Positions 63,640 to 64,000 of a stretch of 64,000 bases of DNA are shown here, piece by piece. The notes under the pieces are model-generated. The model did not search any database, had not been told where the DNA came from, and was given only the letters and a program-made list of their open reading frames with translations. Position numbers and translations under genes: made by a program. Source of the stretch: Callorhinchus milii (Eukaryota); the NCBI RefSeq assembly GCF_018977255.1, contig NW_024704742.1:41666001-41730000 (forward strand), read 5' to 3'. The first letter of the stretch is position 1. Each line of letters starts with the position of its first letter.

Positions 63640-64000
63640 CAAACCAGCCAGCCTGGCTCATCGGCAAGACTTGGAGAGGCAGACAAGTCATTGGGGACTG
63701 GGATTCTTCCCACTTGGCTTCTGTTAACCCTGCAAGCCAAATCCTAACAGGAGGGTGGTCCTAGATGGACAATCAGTAGGAAGCTTGTCAAACAGTGCTC
63801 AAAAGCAAACCTTTGCCAGTTTAGCTGGTTAAACTTCAGTGATACCGTAATGCACAACCTAGGGTTCCCAAGTCTTGTTTTTTGTCAACCTTTGCCTAAT
63901 ACTCTCTGGATTTAGGTAAGCGGATTGCATCTCTCCAGGAAGAGAGTGCGCATTCCAGACACAGGGATACTCTTAAGTACTGTGATGGGTGTCTGTACGT
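63640..64000 (+). mobile_element. Family X, running to the window edge
   Basis: CAGCCAGCCTGGCTCATCGGCAAGACTTGG..TTAACCCTGCAAGCCAAA..TTAGGTAAGC..GGATACTCTTAAG. Confidence 0.85.

Overview
AT-rich eukaryotic non-coding DNA. The repeat content (L2 and CR1 LINEs, tRNA-Ala-headed SINEs, Deu-domain/SacSINE1-like SINEs, Penelope-type terminal repeats) looks like a cartilaginous-fish genome, possibly a holocephalan such as Callorhinchus; this is inference from recalled repeat families, not a database hit. I found no host protein-coding gene, true tRNA/rRNA gene or CRISPR array. The ORFs in the track are L2/CR1 reverse-transcriptase debris, antisense reads of repeats, or chance. The window reads as a large intron or gene desert with dense, often nested retroposons and a few enhancer/insulator-like motifs. 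Most notable: (1) an intact minimal type-I hammerhead ribozyme core in a Penelope-like repeat (62937-62973, minus strand) plus a decayed copy in an inverted Penelope-repeat pair; (2) an unclassified ~530-bp A-tailed repeat family (8 copies), two of which form a ~1.07-kb head-to-head palindrome; (3) two local inverted templated duplications; (4) a young SINE subfamily whose 3' stem-loop matches the resident L2; (5) two L2 insertions at the same homologous site of SINE hosts; (6) a Tigger-like element with two perfect PBX-MEIS/PREP decamers. I cannot support a wholly new multi-gene system here. Boundaries of old repeats were read by eye and are approximate (about +/-10-30 bp).
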